From an uncultured Methanosarcinales archaeon (lineage in GTDB: Archaea; Nanobdellota; Nanobdellia; Woesearchaeales; B54-G15): a stretch of DNA of 57,819 nucleotides. The DNA is taken from contig CAZFJK010000001.1 in NCBI GenBank assembly GCA_964519225.1, forward strand, positions 21,804 to 79,622, written 5' to 3'. The notes below the pieces were generated by a model that was given only the letters and a program-made list of their open reading frames with translations, was not told the DNA's origin and did no database searches. This document shows positions 45,862-54,826 of the stretch, piece by piece (position 1 is the first letter of the stretch; every line of letters starts with the position of its first letter). Made by a program: the position numbers and the translations under genes.

Positions 45862-46434
45862 ATGCTTAAAGAAAAAAAGAAAAGAAGAGCCAAGATATTT
45901 CTTGGAATGCTTATAGCAGTAATTATGACAACCAGTATCATAGGATTCATGTCAGGATTCCGCGGCACGCGTTATCGCTACAAAGATTTCAAATTCATAT
46001 TTGAAAATGAAATGTATTGGATTAAAATAAACAATCAAAAAATTGGATTTCATTTTCCACCAGACAATGTTGAGAAGATTCCTGCAGAAGGATTAGAAAG
46101 CATAAAATCAACAAGAATGGTTTATATAAGCTTTAACACAACACCAAATCAGCATCTAGATTTAGCCAGGCTTGACCTCCAAGAAAAACTTAATTTTATA
46201 GGAATCTACTCAGTGCAAGGAAGTGCAGCAGCAAACTATACCTTTCTGCCGCGAATCGACTGCAACAATGCAACTCAATATGTTCCGGTCATCATGTTTG
46301 TTTCAGGAAACGAAACAAAAATATTTAAAACAGATCAAAATTGCATTATTGCCCAAGCTAAAACAGGAATTGATTTTTTAAGACTAAAAGACAGAATAGT
46401 ATACGAAACTTATGGCATAATTAAAAATGAATGA
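45862..46434 (+). CDS. hypothetical N-terminally anchored extracytoplasmic protein
   Basis: Basic N-terminus and one TM (IFLGMLIAVIMTTSIIGF). Cys-containing ectodomain paralogous to the next gene. Confidence 0.6.
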   Translation: MLKEKKKRRAKIFLGMLIAVIMTTSIIGFMSGFRGTRYRYKDFKFIFENEMYWIKINNQKIGFHFPPDNVEKIPAEGLESIKSTRMVYISFNTTPNQHLDLARLDLQEKLNFIGIYSVQGSAAANYTFLPRIDCNNATQYVPVIMFVSGNETKIFKTDQNCIIAQAKTGIDFLRLKDRIVYETYGIIKNE

Positions 46435-47113
46435 TGAAAAAGAAAAACAAGCAGAACAAGGAGAAGAAAAACCACAAAAAAAAGATTCAACTCTTTTCTT
46501 GGTCTCAATCCTCATAATCATAGGAATTGTTGCTGGAATTATCATCTGGCGCATCGCCATTCCAACTGAAAAAGTAACAACAATAGATGATCTTCACAAA
46601 CTAAACCTTGAGGGAAAATTAAGCGAAGACAAAGGCTACATCTATAATGGATTCTCATTCGTATTCTATGATGGAATGTGGTACACCCAATCAAGAATAG
46701 GAAACACATTGCTAAATGTCCCAATGCACTTCGGACCAAGAGATTTAGAAAATATTACAGTAAAAGGAAAGATAAACGACAGATTCAAGCAAAAACGTAT
46801 ATACATAACCTTTGACCCAGAAGACCCAAACATGCAATATCTTGCTCTTTCAGCATCTGAATTAAGTCTTTTTTTAGCTAAGGGACTCGACCTCGAACCA
46901 AAAGCTGCCTGCACAAAAAACATCACAGAAGCATGCGCCAACATACCAATTCTGAATTGCTCCAATAAGAAAAAAGCTATAATCTACCTAAATCAAGATA
47001 ATGAGACAGGAGTAGAATTAAAAGGAAATTGCATAGAAGTCAAAGGAGATAAAATGAACCTAGTTAGGGCAGTTGATAGACTAATCTTAAAGTGGCTCGG
47101 CGTAATGCCTTAA
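46427..47113 (+). CDS. hypothetical N-terminally anchored extracytoplasmic protein (paralog)
   Basis: One TM (LFLVSILIIIGIVAGIIIW). Shares order with the preceding gene: F.F.F...W(Y), YI.F, Cys cluster, NCI, DR. 8-nt overlap. Confidence 0.6.
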   Translation: MNDEKEKQAEQGEEKPQKKDSTLFLVSILIIIGIVAGIIIWRIAIPTEKVTTIDDLHKLNLEGKLSEDKGYIYNGFSFVFYDGMWYTQSRIGNTLLNVPMHFGPRDLENITVKGKINDRFKQKRIYITFDPEDPNMQYLALSASELSLFLAKGLDLEPKAACTKNITEACANIPILNCSNKKKAIIYLNQDNETGVELKGNCIEVKGDKMNLVRAVDRLILKWLGVMP

Positions 47114-47116
47114 AAC

Positions 47117-47473
47117 TTAAACTTCCTTAACTCCGTTCTCATTAGGAATCACAAATCTAATTCCTACGCCAAGCCTGATCAAAGCACTCAGCAAAGCCAT
47201 ATGCTCATAACCGCTACCGCTCGTTAAATTAACAGCAACCTCTATACCAACGATTCTTTTTGCAAGCTCATCAACAAGAAATTTTATCAATTCATCCATA
47301 TTTACATTTTCATTAAATTGTATAACCTCAACCTTTCTGCTATCCGCCTTAAATCTGTCCTTTGCAAAAGGCGTTATCAGAATAACTTTTTCCCAATCAG
47401 CAGAATCGATCAATTTAGCAACAGTACTCCAAGTTCCTTTTCCAGTCGAAAGACATGCTATAAGTGTCGTCAT
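47117..47473 (-). CDS. hypothetical small Rossmann-like protein
   Basis: Alternating beta/alpha pattern with Gly-rich loops after beta1 (CLSTGKGTW) and beta4 (NLTSGSGYEHMALLSA). Confidence 0.5.
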   Translation of the reverse strand: MTTLIACLSTGKGTWSTVAKLIDSADWEKVILITPFAKDRFKADSRKVEVIQFNENVNMDELIKFLVDELAKRIVGIEVAVNLTSGSGYEHMALLSALIRLGVGIRFVIPNENGVKEV

Positions 47474-47485
47474 AACACAAAGAAC

Positions 47486-48718
47486 TCAGCTCTGCTTAAA
47501 TTTTTTTCTGAGCGAATCAACAATTCTATTAATCGCAACCTCATACGCAGCATCCCTTAGGCTATAGCCATTTAACCTTGCAAGATCAAAAACCCTGTCG
47601 AAAGCAGATGTAATCTTTTCTTTCAGCTCGCGATCAACTTTTTCAGCATCCCATTTTGTATTGTTTAAATTCTGCAGCCATTCAAAATAGCTTACAATAA
47701 CACCTCCGCTATTAGCGATAATATCCGGCAAAACCTCTATTCCTCTTTCAAATAAAATCCCGTCAGCCTCTTTTGTTACAGGACCGTTTGCAAGCTCAAC
47801 AATTACCTTTGCTTTTACCTTACCAGCATTTTCTTTCTTAATTTGATTTTCAAGTGCTGCTAAAACAAGAACATCAACATCAAGCTCAAGCAATTCAGCA
47901 TTGCTTATTTTCTCACTATTGTTAAATCCGACAACACTTCCATTCTGCATTTTCCAATCTATCAGCTTGTCAATATCAAGCCCTTCAGCTTTAAAGCAAC
48001 CCCCTTTTGAATCGCTTACAGCAACAATCTTAAAACCGGCATCAGCCAAGAATTTAGCCATGTTCCTACCGGCATTACCAAAACCCTGAATAGCAACTCT
48101 TTCAGCCTTAATTCCAGTTCTTTCTAAAAATCTCTGCAAAACAAAAAAACCGCCCCTGCCTGTTGCAGTTTCTCTTCCAACAATGCCACCATTTGCTATG
48201 CTCTTTCCAGTAACTATTGCTTTAACATCTTTGCCAACAATTTTGCTATACTCATCCTGTATCCAATCCATAACCTGTGCATTTGTATAAACATCAGGAG
48301 CAGGTATGTCCTTTTCAGGCCCAATAAAATCAGCAATCTTATGTGTAAATTCTCGTGTTAATCTTTCAATCTCTGTCTTGCTTAATCTCTTAGGATCAAT
48401 GCAAACACCCCCTTTTGCACCGCCGTACGGCAAATCACAAACACTGCACTTCCATGTCATCCACATAGCTAATGCCCTAACTTCATCAAGATTAACATTT
48501 GGATGATACCTTATTCCGCCTTTCGTTGGTCCAAGCACACTGCAATGCTGAACCCTATATCCAGTAACATTAATCACATCACCATTATCCAAACGCAAGG
48601 GAAAATTCAATGCTAACTCTCTCTCTGGTTTTTTCAACTGATTGATTATCCATTCCTCAATATTCAGCCTTTTGGCTACTTCTTCAAATTGTTTAACTGC
48701 ATTCTCATACGGATTCAT
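47486..48718 (-). CDS. gdhA: glutamate dehydrogenase
   Basis: GPTKGGIRYHP, catalytic Lys loop PYGGAKGG, Rossmann GFGNAG. ATG 48718 (MNPYENAV) preferred over 48754. Confidence 0.95.
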   Translation of the reverse strand: MNPYENAVKQFEEVAKRLNIEEWIINQLKKPERELALNFPLRLDNGDVINVTGYRVQHCSVLGPTKGGIRYHPNVNLDEVRALAMWMTWKCSVCDLPYGGAKGGVCIDPKRLSKTEIERLTREFTHKIADFIGPEKDIPAPDVYTNAQVMDWIQDEYSKIVGKDVKAIVTGKSIANGGIVGRETATGRGGFFVLQRFLERTGIKAERVAIQGFGNAGRNMAKFLADAGFKIVAVSDSKGGCFKAEGLDIDKLIDWKMQNGSVVGFNNSEKISNAELLELDVDVLVLAALENQIKKENAGKVKAKVIVELANGPVTKEADGILFERGIEVLPDIIANSGGVIVSYFEWLQNLNNTKWDAEKVDRELKEKITSAFDRVFDLARLNGYSLRDAAYEVAINRIVDSLRKKFKQS

Positions 48719-49607
48719 TTTCAAACAGAAAATCTCTTGCACTTGCTGCTGCAATAGCCCCCTGAGCAGCAGCGACTATAATCTGCTTCAAAGGAACATT
48801 AGTAAGATCGCCAGCAGCAAAAATTCCTCTAACATTTGTCCTCATCCCATGATCAACAACAACATAGCCTTCTTCATCGAGCTTAACTTCAAGCATTGTA
48901 GCAAGCGCATTACATGGTTCTAAACCAATTTCAATAAAGATACCATCAACAGCAATAGATTTTTCTTCACTTTTCTGCTCAAAAATCAATTCTTTTACAA
49001 ACTTATCGCCCCTAATCTTAAGAGGAACAGCATTCAAAAAAAGTTTTATCTTCTCATTCCTAATCACTTTATCAACCAAGACCTTATCTGCTCTCAGTTT
49101 ATCACGTCTGTAAACCAAATAAACCTCTTTTGCAAAATTCGCAAGATGCAACGCAGAACTGACAGCACTGTTTCTTCCACCTATAACAGCAACCATCTTA
49201 TCTTTATACAGTGGAGCATCGCAAACCGCACAATAACTAACGCCTTTACCAGCAAATTCGCTTTCTCCCTCTATCCCAAGTTTCTTTTTTTTGCTTCCGC
49301 AAGCAAGAATTATCGATCTGCTTTCATATTTTCCATTCAATAAAAAGCTGGCATTCTTTTTCTCAATTCTATCAACTCCTTCATGAACAATCTCAACATC
49401 ATAGCTCTTAACATGTTTTAGAAAATTCTCAATCAATGCTCTTCCTTCAATCTGTTCAAAACCCAAATAATTCTCAACAACAGCAGCTTCGCTTATCATA
49501 CCACCTTCCTGAACACAAAATAAAACAGTTTTCAATCCAAACCTTGCGCTATACAGAGCTGCATTTAAACCAGCAGGTCCGCAGCCAATAATCGCAACAT
49601 CATACAT
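48705..49607 (-). CDS. trxB: thioredoxin-disulfide reductase
   Basis: DVAIIGCGPAG, redox centre CAVCDA, GGRNSA, GIFAAGD. Confidence 0.95.
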   Translation of the reverse strand: MYDVAIIGCGPAGLNAALYSARFGLKTVLFCVQEGGMISEAAVVENYLGFEQIEGRALIENFLKHVKSYDVEIVHEGVDRIEKKNASFLLNGKYESRSIILACGSKKKKLGIEGESEFAGKGVSYCAVCDAPLYKDKMVAVIGGRNSAVSSALHLANFAKEVYLVYRRDKLRADKVLVDKVIRNEKIKLFLNAVPLKIRGDKFVKELIFEQKSEEKSIAVDGIFIEIGLEPCNALATMLEVKLDEEGYVVVDHGMRTNVRGIFAAGDLTNVPLKQIIVAAAQGAIAAASARDFLFENESV

Positions 49608-49616
49608 TTTACAAAT

Positions 49617-49937
49617 TTACAGATTTCTATCAAGCCACGCCCTTATCTCATCCTCGTGAATCAAACCTATAAATTCATCAACAACTTCTCCATTCTTAAA
49701 CAACTTTACTGCAGGAATACTCCTAATGCCATATTCAGAAGCCTTGGCAGGACTTCCATCAATGTTCATCTTTACAAATACAACCCTATCACCATATTCT
49801 TCTTCAAGTAATTCAAGTCTCGGCGTTAGAGCATGACATGGACCGCACCAGTCTGCATAAAAATCAACTAAAACCGGCTTTTCTGCGCTTCTTTCAATAA
49901 CCTCTTTTTGAAAATTAGCATCATTTACCTCAATCAT
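49617..49937 (-). CDS. trxA: thioredoxin
   Basis: WCGPC active site. ATG 49937 (MIEVNDANF) preferred. Confidence 0.9.
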   Translation of the reverse strand: MIEVNDANFQKEVIERSAEKPVLVDFYADWCGPCHALTPRLELLEEEYGDRVVFVKMNIDGSPAKASEYGIRSIPAVKLFKNGEVVDEFIGLIHEDEIRAWLDRNL

Positions 49938-49980
49938 AAACCACCACCAAAAGACTGAGCAATGCAATACCTATATATAT

Positions 49981-51042
49981 TTATCGGAAGTTTTTTCTTA
50001 TCAGAATCACCTTAAGTTTATCAAAACTTTCTTTGACAGCCTTCCTTAACTCATACCCTCCTATTTTCAACAGATTTGCCTTTCTTTTTCTTCCAACAAG
50101 CTCTACAAACCCTTTTCCAGATATTTTCTTTCCATTCCAGTCACCAAAAACCTTTACAGGTCCTTCCCAGTAGTTTATTGCTCCGAACAATAATTCCTGG
50201 TCTTGCATAAAGCTTGAAATCCTCAGCTTCAAATTCTCAGTAGGAAAAGAAAGCTGCCATGCAACATCATAAACTGCACCAGTAACATTACTTTCCCACT
50301 GCTCCAATGCAACGCACTCAAATGGTACCTCTCTTACCTCACCATCGGGCTCGGAGATATAAGCCCTATAAATTGTATTGTTTCTAAAAATAAATCTATA
50401 GCAAACAATATCTGTTCCGTGATCGAGCTTTATGCTAAACCAGTCCCACCCTAAAGCTGGAGAATAACTTACATTAGCCCATTGATGGTCCATCCAAGAT
50501 ATTCCCTCGCATTTCTTTCCAAGCACTTCACCCTCGGCTTTCAAATCACTATATGAATAATACCATGTCCCCCCAACGCCAGGAAGGCTAACCCAACCAT
50601 TTTTCCCTTGGATAATAGCATCTTTTTTCGAATTCAGCAAAAGGTCAACAAAATCATTTTTAATTCTCAAATTTTCACCTATCCTTTCAATTAGATGAAT
50701 ACTAAATCCGCCAACCATTGGTCTAATGTAGCCTACGTTCAATCTTTTGCCTACAAAACTGTTCTTTGAAACAAAGGTTATTGGCATTATAACTGCTTTC
50801 TTTTCTGCCATACTTAAATCGTACAAAACACTATGTGCAAAATAGCCCTCTCGCAAACCAAAACCCCCCATTAGTTTGCTTATAATAGGTATGTTCGCTT
50901 TGACAGGATCGATCTTAAACAAACAATTCATAAATGCATAATTCTTTCTTCCAACCTTAAGAAATCCATTGAAATACCACCATTCAACAACTGCTTTATG
51001 CTTATGGTCATCGTCAGGTAACCTTAATCTTCGCAACCCCAT
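49981..51042 (-). CDS. CrtC/AttH-like lipocalin-fold protein (putative hydratase family)
   Basis: N-terminal P.DDH.H...VEWWYFNG signature of the AttH/CrtC family and a beta-rich body. Confidence 0.65.
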   Translation of the reverse strand: MGLRRLRLPDDDHKHKAVVEWWYFNGFLKVGRKNYAFMNCLFKIDPVKANIPIISKLMGGFGLREGYFAHSVLYDLSMAEKKAVIMPITFVSKNSFVGKRLNVGYIRPMVGGFSIHLIERIGENLRIKNDFVDLLLNSKKDAIIQGKNGWVSLPGVGGTWYYSYSDLKAEGEVLGKKCEGISWMDHQWANVSYSPALGWDWFSIKLDHGTDIVCYRFIFRNNTIYRAYISEPDGEVREVPFECVALEQWESNVTGAVYDVAWQLSFPTENLKLRISSFMQDQELLFGAINYWEGPVKVFGDWNGKKISGKGFVELVGRKRKANLLKIGGYELRKAVKESFDKLKVILIRKNFR

Positions 51043-51143
51043 ATTCTAAAAATTTTAAGAAGCATTTATAAAATCTCTGATCAAAATCAAAAAATATCTA
51101 AATTTTGGAAAAACTTAAAACCAAAAAACCTTTTTAACTGAAA

Positions 51144-51350
51144 ATGCGCATCACTAAAAAGATGAGTTTTTCAGCTCTCCTCAGCAAACATCCAGAAACA
51201 ATAGAGGTATTTCTCCGCTATGGAATGCACTGCGTTGGCTGTGTTGCTGCAAGCTTTGAAACAATAGAACAAGGAGCAAAAGCTCATGGCATAGATCCAG
51301 ATCAACTTGTAAAAGACCTCAATGCTGCTATAAAAAAGAAAAGGAGGTGA
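51144..51350 (+). CDS. DUF1858 redox-disulfide protein (hybrid-cluster-protein-associated type)
   Basis: LLSKHPETIEVFLRYGMHCVGCVAASFETIEQGAKAHGID pattern. Confidence 0.75.
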   Translation: MRITKKMSFSALLSKHPETIEVFLRYGMHCVGCVAASFETIEQGAKAHGIDPDQLVKDLNAAIKKKRR

Positions 51351-51355
51351 AAAAA

Positions 51356-51541
51356 ATGCCAACAATAATCGTAGATAAGGAAAAATGCGTTGGTTGTGGA
51401 GCATGCGTTGCTTTATGCAAAAACTTTAAACTCGATTCAAACGGAAAGGCAGAACCAGTTAAAGCTAAAGTCGACAAAATAACTTGCGAACGTGAAGCAG
51501 CATCAAACTGCCCTGTCGATGCGATAAAGATAGAAGAATAG
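51356..51541 (+). CDS. small 4Fe-4S ferredoxin
   Basis: CVGCGACVALC plus distal CP. AGGAGGTG Shine-Dalgarno before ATG 51356. Confidence 0.85.
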   Translation: MPTIIVDKEKCVGCGACVALCKNFKLDSNGKAEPVKAKVDKITCEREAASNCPVDAIKIEE

Positions 51542-51580
51542 AAAAATAAGATAAAAAAGAAAAGGCATAAACAATAAAAA

Positions 51581-52138
51581 ATGTTCTTTTCACTTAAAGA
51601 ATTCATAGATGCAATAATAATGATCTTTGCAGTCGGATTTATTTTTTCAGCATATCTTAGAAGATACAGACCAATAACAATCCACGAGTTTTACTTCGGC
51701 AGAATACACTGGCGTGACCTCCGCTTTGCAATAGCAATAACAGCACCAGCAATTATTCTCCATGAACTAGCACACAAATTCACAGCCTTATCATTCGGAC
51801 TAACAGCAACATTCCATGCAGCATATCTCTGGCTTTTAATTGGCATCATGTTAAGGCTGTTCGGCTCGAGCATAATCTTCTTTGTTCCAGCATATGTAAG
51901 CATAACCGGTGCAGCAAACAATCTTGCCTATGCACTCATTGCTCTCGCAGGACCATTAACAAATCTTGTAATCTGGCTTATATCTGCACACGCGCTCAAA
52001 AAGGCATCGCATGAAAAAATACCTTTCCTTCATCTCACAAAAGAAATAAACAAATTCCTCTTCATATTCAACATGCTTCCTATTCCTGGCTTTGACGGAT
52101 TTCAGGTTTATGCAAACCTAATAAAATTCATTTTTTAA
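51581..52138 (+). CDS. M50 (site-2 protease) family membrane metalloprotease, minimal form
   Basis: HELAHK in a TM helix and NMLPIPGFDG motif. Confidence 0.75.
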   Translation: MFFSLKEFIDAIIMIFAVGFIFSAYLRRYRPITIHEFYFGRIHWRDLRFAIAITAPAIILHELAHKFTALSFGLTATFHAAYLWLLIGIMLRLFGSSIIFFVPAYVSITGAANNLAYALIALAGPLTNLVIWLISAHALKKASHEKIPFLHLTKEINKFLFIFNMLPIPGFDGFQVYANLIKFIF

Positions 52139-52208
52139 ATACAAAACCTATTTTTTTAAAAAAATAAATCTTTAAAAAGAGGTCTCTTCTCCAAAAAGAA
52201 GGGCTTCT

Positions 52209-53915
52209 TTGAAATCGCATCAACTCGTCTCAAGGATCGCAAAACAAGCAACTGAAGAATTCTATTCACCTTTTCCTCCAAACTATAAAATCGGCAGGAC
52301 AAAATACATCATCGTTGCTGGAAGTGTAATGAGCGGCGTTGGCAAAGGAATATTTGCTTCTTCGCTTGCAAAACTGATAAAATATTATGGCTTTAAGATA
52401 GAGCCTATAAAGATAGATGGATACTTAAATCAGGATGCGGGAACATTAAATCCTTTCAGGCACGGCGAAGTTTTCGTTCTTGATGACGGCACAGAATGCG
52501 ACATGGACCTCGGCAGCTACGAAAGATTTCTCAATACAACACTAACAAAAGATAACTATCTAACAGCCGGAATGATATTTAAAAAAATCCTTGAAAAAGA
52601 AAGAAAAGGTCATTATCTCGGCCGAGATGTTCAATTCATTCCTCACGTAACTGGTGAAATAAAGATTTCTTTAAGAAACCTAGCAGTAAAGTCAAAAGCA
52701 GATATGGTTCTTCTCGAAGTGGGCGGCACTGTCGGCGATTATGAAAATGCCTACATTATCGAAGCAATAAGAGAACTAATTTATGAAGAAGGAAAACAAA
52801 ACGTTTGTTTCATAAACGTCAGCTATATTCTCGAACCTCAAAATCTTGGTGAACAAAAAAGCAAACCAGCACAGCTCGGCTTAAACAGATTGTTAGCTTT
52901 GGGTATACAACCAGACATCGTTGTATGCAGAGCACACAAACCAGTAACTCAGAAGATAAAAGAAAAGATAAGCGTCTATTCAAACGTTCCTCTGCGATAT
53001 GTCATAGGCCTGCATGATATCGCAACTGTTTATGAAGCGCCTTTACTATTAAAAAAACAACGTGTCGATGATCTCGTTCTCGAAAAACTCAATCTTTTGC
53101 GAAAAGCAAAGAGATTGAAACAAGCAATAAACCTGAAAAAATGGCGTCGTTTCGTTAAACAATATCTTAATGCAGAAAAGCGCACCACTATAGCAATAGC
53201 AGGAAAATACACTGGCCTACGTGATAGCTATGCAAGCATTCTCAAAGCAATCGAACATGCGGCAACAGCATGCAATGCGAGAGCATCTGTGAAATTCATC
53301 GAAACAACAAACATTCGCTCAATCAAAGACGCTGCCGACGCATTAAAAAATGTTGATGCACTGGTTGTTCCTGGAGGTTTTGGTAAAAGAGGCGCTGAAG
53401 GAAAGATGGCTTGTATCTCATACGCCAGAAGAACAAAACTTCCATTTCTAGGACTTTGCTTTGGTTTTCAGCTAGCTGTAATTGAATTTGCAAGAAACAA
53501 ATGTCAGCTAAAAAAAGCCAGTTCAACAGAACTTGATCCAAAAACAAAACACCCAGTTATCTGCATCCTACCCGAGCAAAACCTTGAAAAACTCGGCGGA
53601 ACAATGCGTCTCGGAAGCTATCCAGCAAAACTTAAACTAAACACGCTTGTTTGGAAACTTTATAAAAAACAAGCAATAATACACGAGCGCCATAGACATC
53701 GCTATGAAGTAAATCCAGAATATGTTCAGCTTCTCGAAAACAGAGGACTGGTCTTTTCAGGAACATCTCCAGATGGCTTGCTTATGGAATTCCTTGAATT
53801 GCCGCAAGAAGAACATCCTTTTTTCATAGCAACACAAAGCCATCCAGAATTCAAATCCAGGCCAATGCAACCAGCACCGTTATTCTTAGGCTTGATTAAA
53901 GCAGTATTGAAATAA
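52209..53915 (+). CDS. pyrG: CTP synthase
   Basis: KYIIVAGSVMSGVGKGI, GATase LGLCFGFQ and HRHRYEV. Apparent TTG start with an N-terminal extension of about 30 aa. Confidence 0.95.
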   Translation: MKSHQLVSRIAKQATEEFYSPFPPNYKIGRTKYIIVAGSVMSGVGKGIFASSLAKLIKYYGFKIEPIKIDGYLNQDAGTLNPFRHGEVFVLDDGTECDMDLGSYERFLNTTLTKDNYLTAGMIFKKILEKERKGHYLGRDVQFIPHVTGEIKISLRNLAVKSKADMVLLEVGGTVGDYENAYIIEAIRELIYEEGKQNVCFINVSYILEPQNLGEQKSKPAQLGLNRLLALGIQPDIVVCRAHKPVTQKIKEKISVYSNVPLRYVIGLHDIATVYEAPLLLKKQRVDDLVLEKLNLLRKAKRLKQAINLKKWRRFVKQYLNAEKRTTIAIAGKYTGLRDSYASILKAIEHAATACNARASVKFIETTNIRSIKDAADALKNVDALVVPGGFGKRGAEGKMACISYARRTKLPFLGLCFGFQLAVIEFARNKCQLKKASSTELDPKTKHPVICILPEQNLEKLGGTMRLGSYPAKLKLNTLVWKLYKKQAIIHERHRHRYEVNPEYVQLLENRGLVFSGTSPDGLLMEFLELPQEEHPFFIATQSHPEFKSRPMQPAPLFLGLIKAVLK

Positions 53916-53956
53916 AAGGAATAAATTTTTAAACAAACCTCTGTTTTTTCTTTGGA

Positions 53957-54826
53957 ATGGGCATTCGTGCATTATATGAAAAACACTACAAAAAATTAAT
54001 GATCATACCTTTCCTGCTTTTACTCCTCGCTATAATTCAAATAGCATATCAAACAGCTACAACAGGCGACTTCATTCATAAAGGCGTTAGCCTAAAAGGC
54101 GGTGTAACCATAACGATTCAAAAACCAATTTCAGTTCACGAACTTGAGCAATTTCTAAGGAAAAAATTTCCAAAAGCAGATATCCAAATCAGAGCGTTAT
54201 CAAAAGCAGGAAAGCAAACAGCCACAATCATAGAAGCTTCTGATATTAATCCTGATCAGCTTCAATCTGTGCTAAAAGAAAATCTTGGTGATGAAGTAGA
54301 ATTCTCAACTGAGGTAATGGGCTCGGCCTTAGGAGAAAGCTTCTTCAGGCAAACAACAAAAGCATTAATCTTTGCTTTTATATTTATGGCAATCGTCGTA
54401 TTTTTCTATTTCAAAACTTTCACACCAAGTATTGCAGTTATCCTTGCTGCTGTTTCTGACATCATTGTCACGCTAGCTATTGTAAATCTTCTTGGAATTA
54501 GACTAAGCACAGCAGGAATAGCTGCTTTCCTAATGCTCATAGGTTACTCTGTTGATACAGATATATTGCTAAGCACAAAAACACTGCGCAGAAAAGAAAA
54601 TCCAGTTCAAGGAATCTATGCAGCAATGAAAACAGGTTTGATGATGACAGCAACAACACTAACAGCCGTAATAATTGCTTTAATCCTTGCCCAATCACCT
54701 GTTTTAAAACAAATAATGACAATATTACTAATAGGATTGCTCGTAGATCTTCCAAACACATGGCTTCAGAACGCAGGAATCCTAAGAATCTATCTAGAAA
54801 GAAAAAAGAAAAAATGGGAAAGATAA
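53957..54826 (+). CDS. secF: protein-export membrane protein SecF
   Basis: N-terminal TM, GVSLKGG, six-TM C-terminal bundle (LIGYSVDTDILL). Confidence 0.9.
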   Translation: MGIRALYEKHYKKLMIIPFLLLLLAIIQIAYQTATTGDFIHKGVSLKGGVTITIQKPISVHELEQFLRKKFPKADIQIRALSKAGKQTATIIEASDINPDQLQSVLKENLGDEVEFSTEVMGSALGESFFRQTTKALIFAFIFMAIVVFFYFKTFTPSIAVILAAVSDIIVTLAIVNLLGIRLSTAGIAAFLMLIGYSVDTDILLSTKTLRRKENPVQGIYAAMKTGLMMTATTLTAVIIALILAQSPVLKQIMTILLIGLLVDLPNTWLQNAGILRIYLERKKKKWER

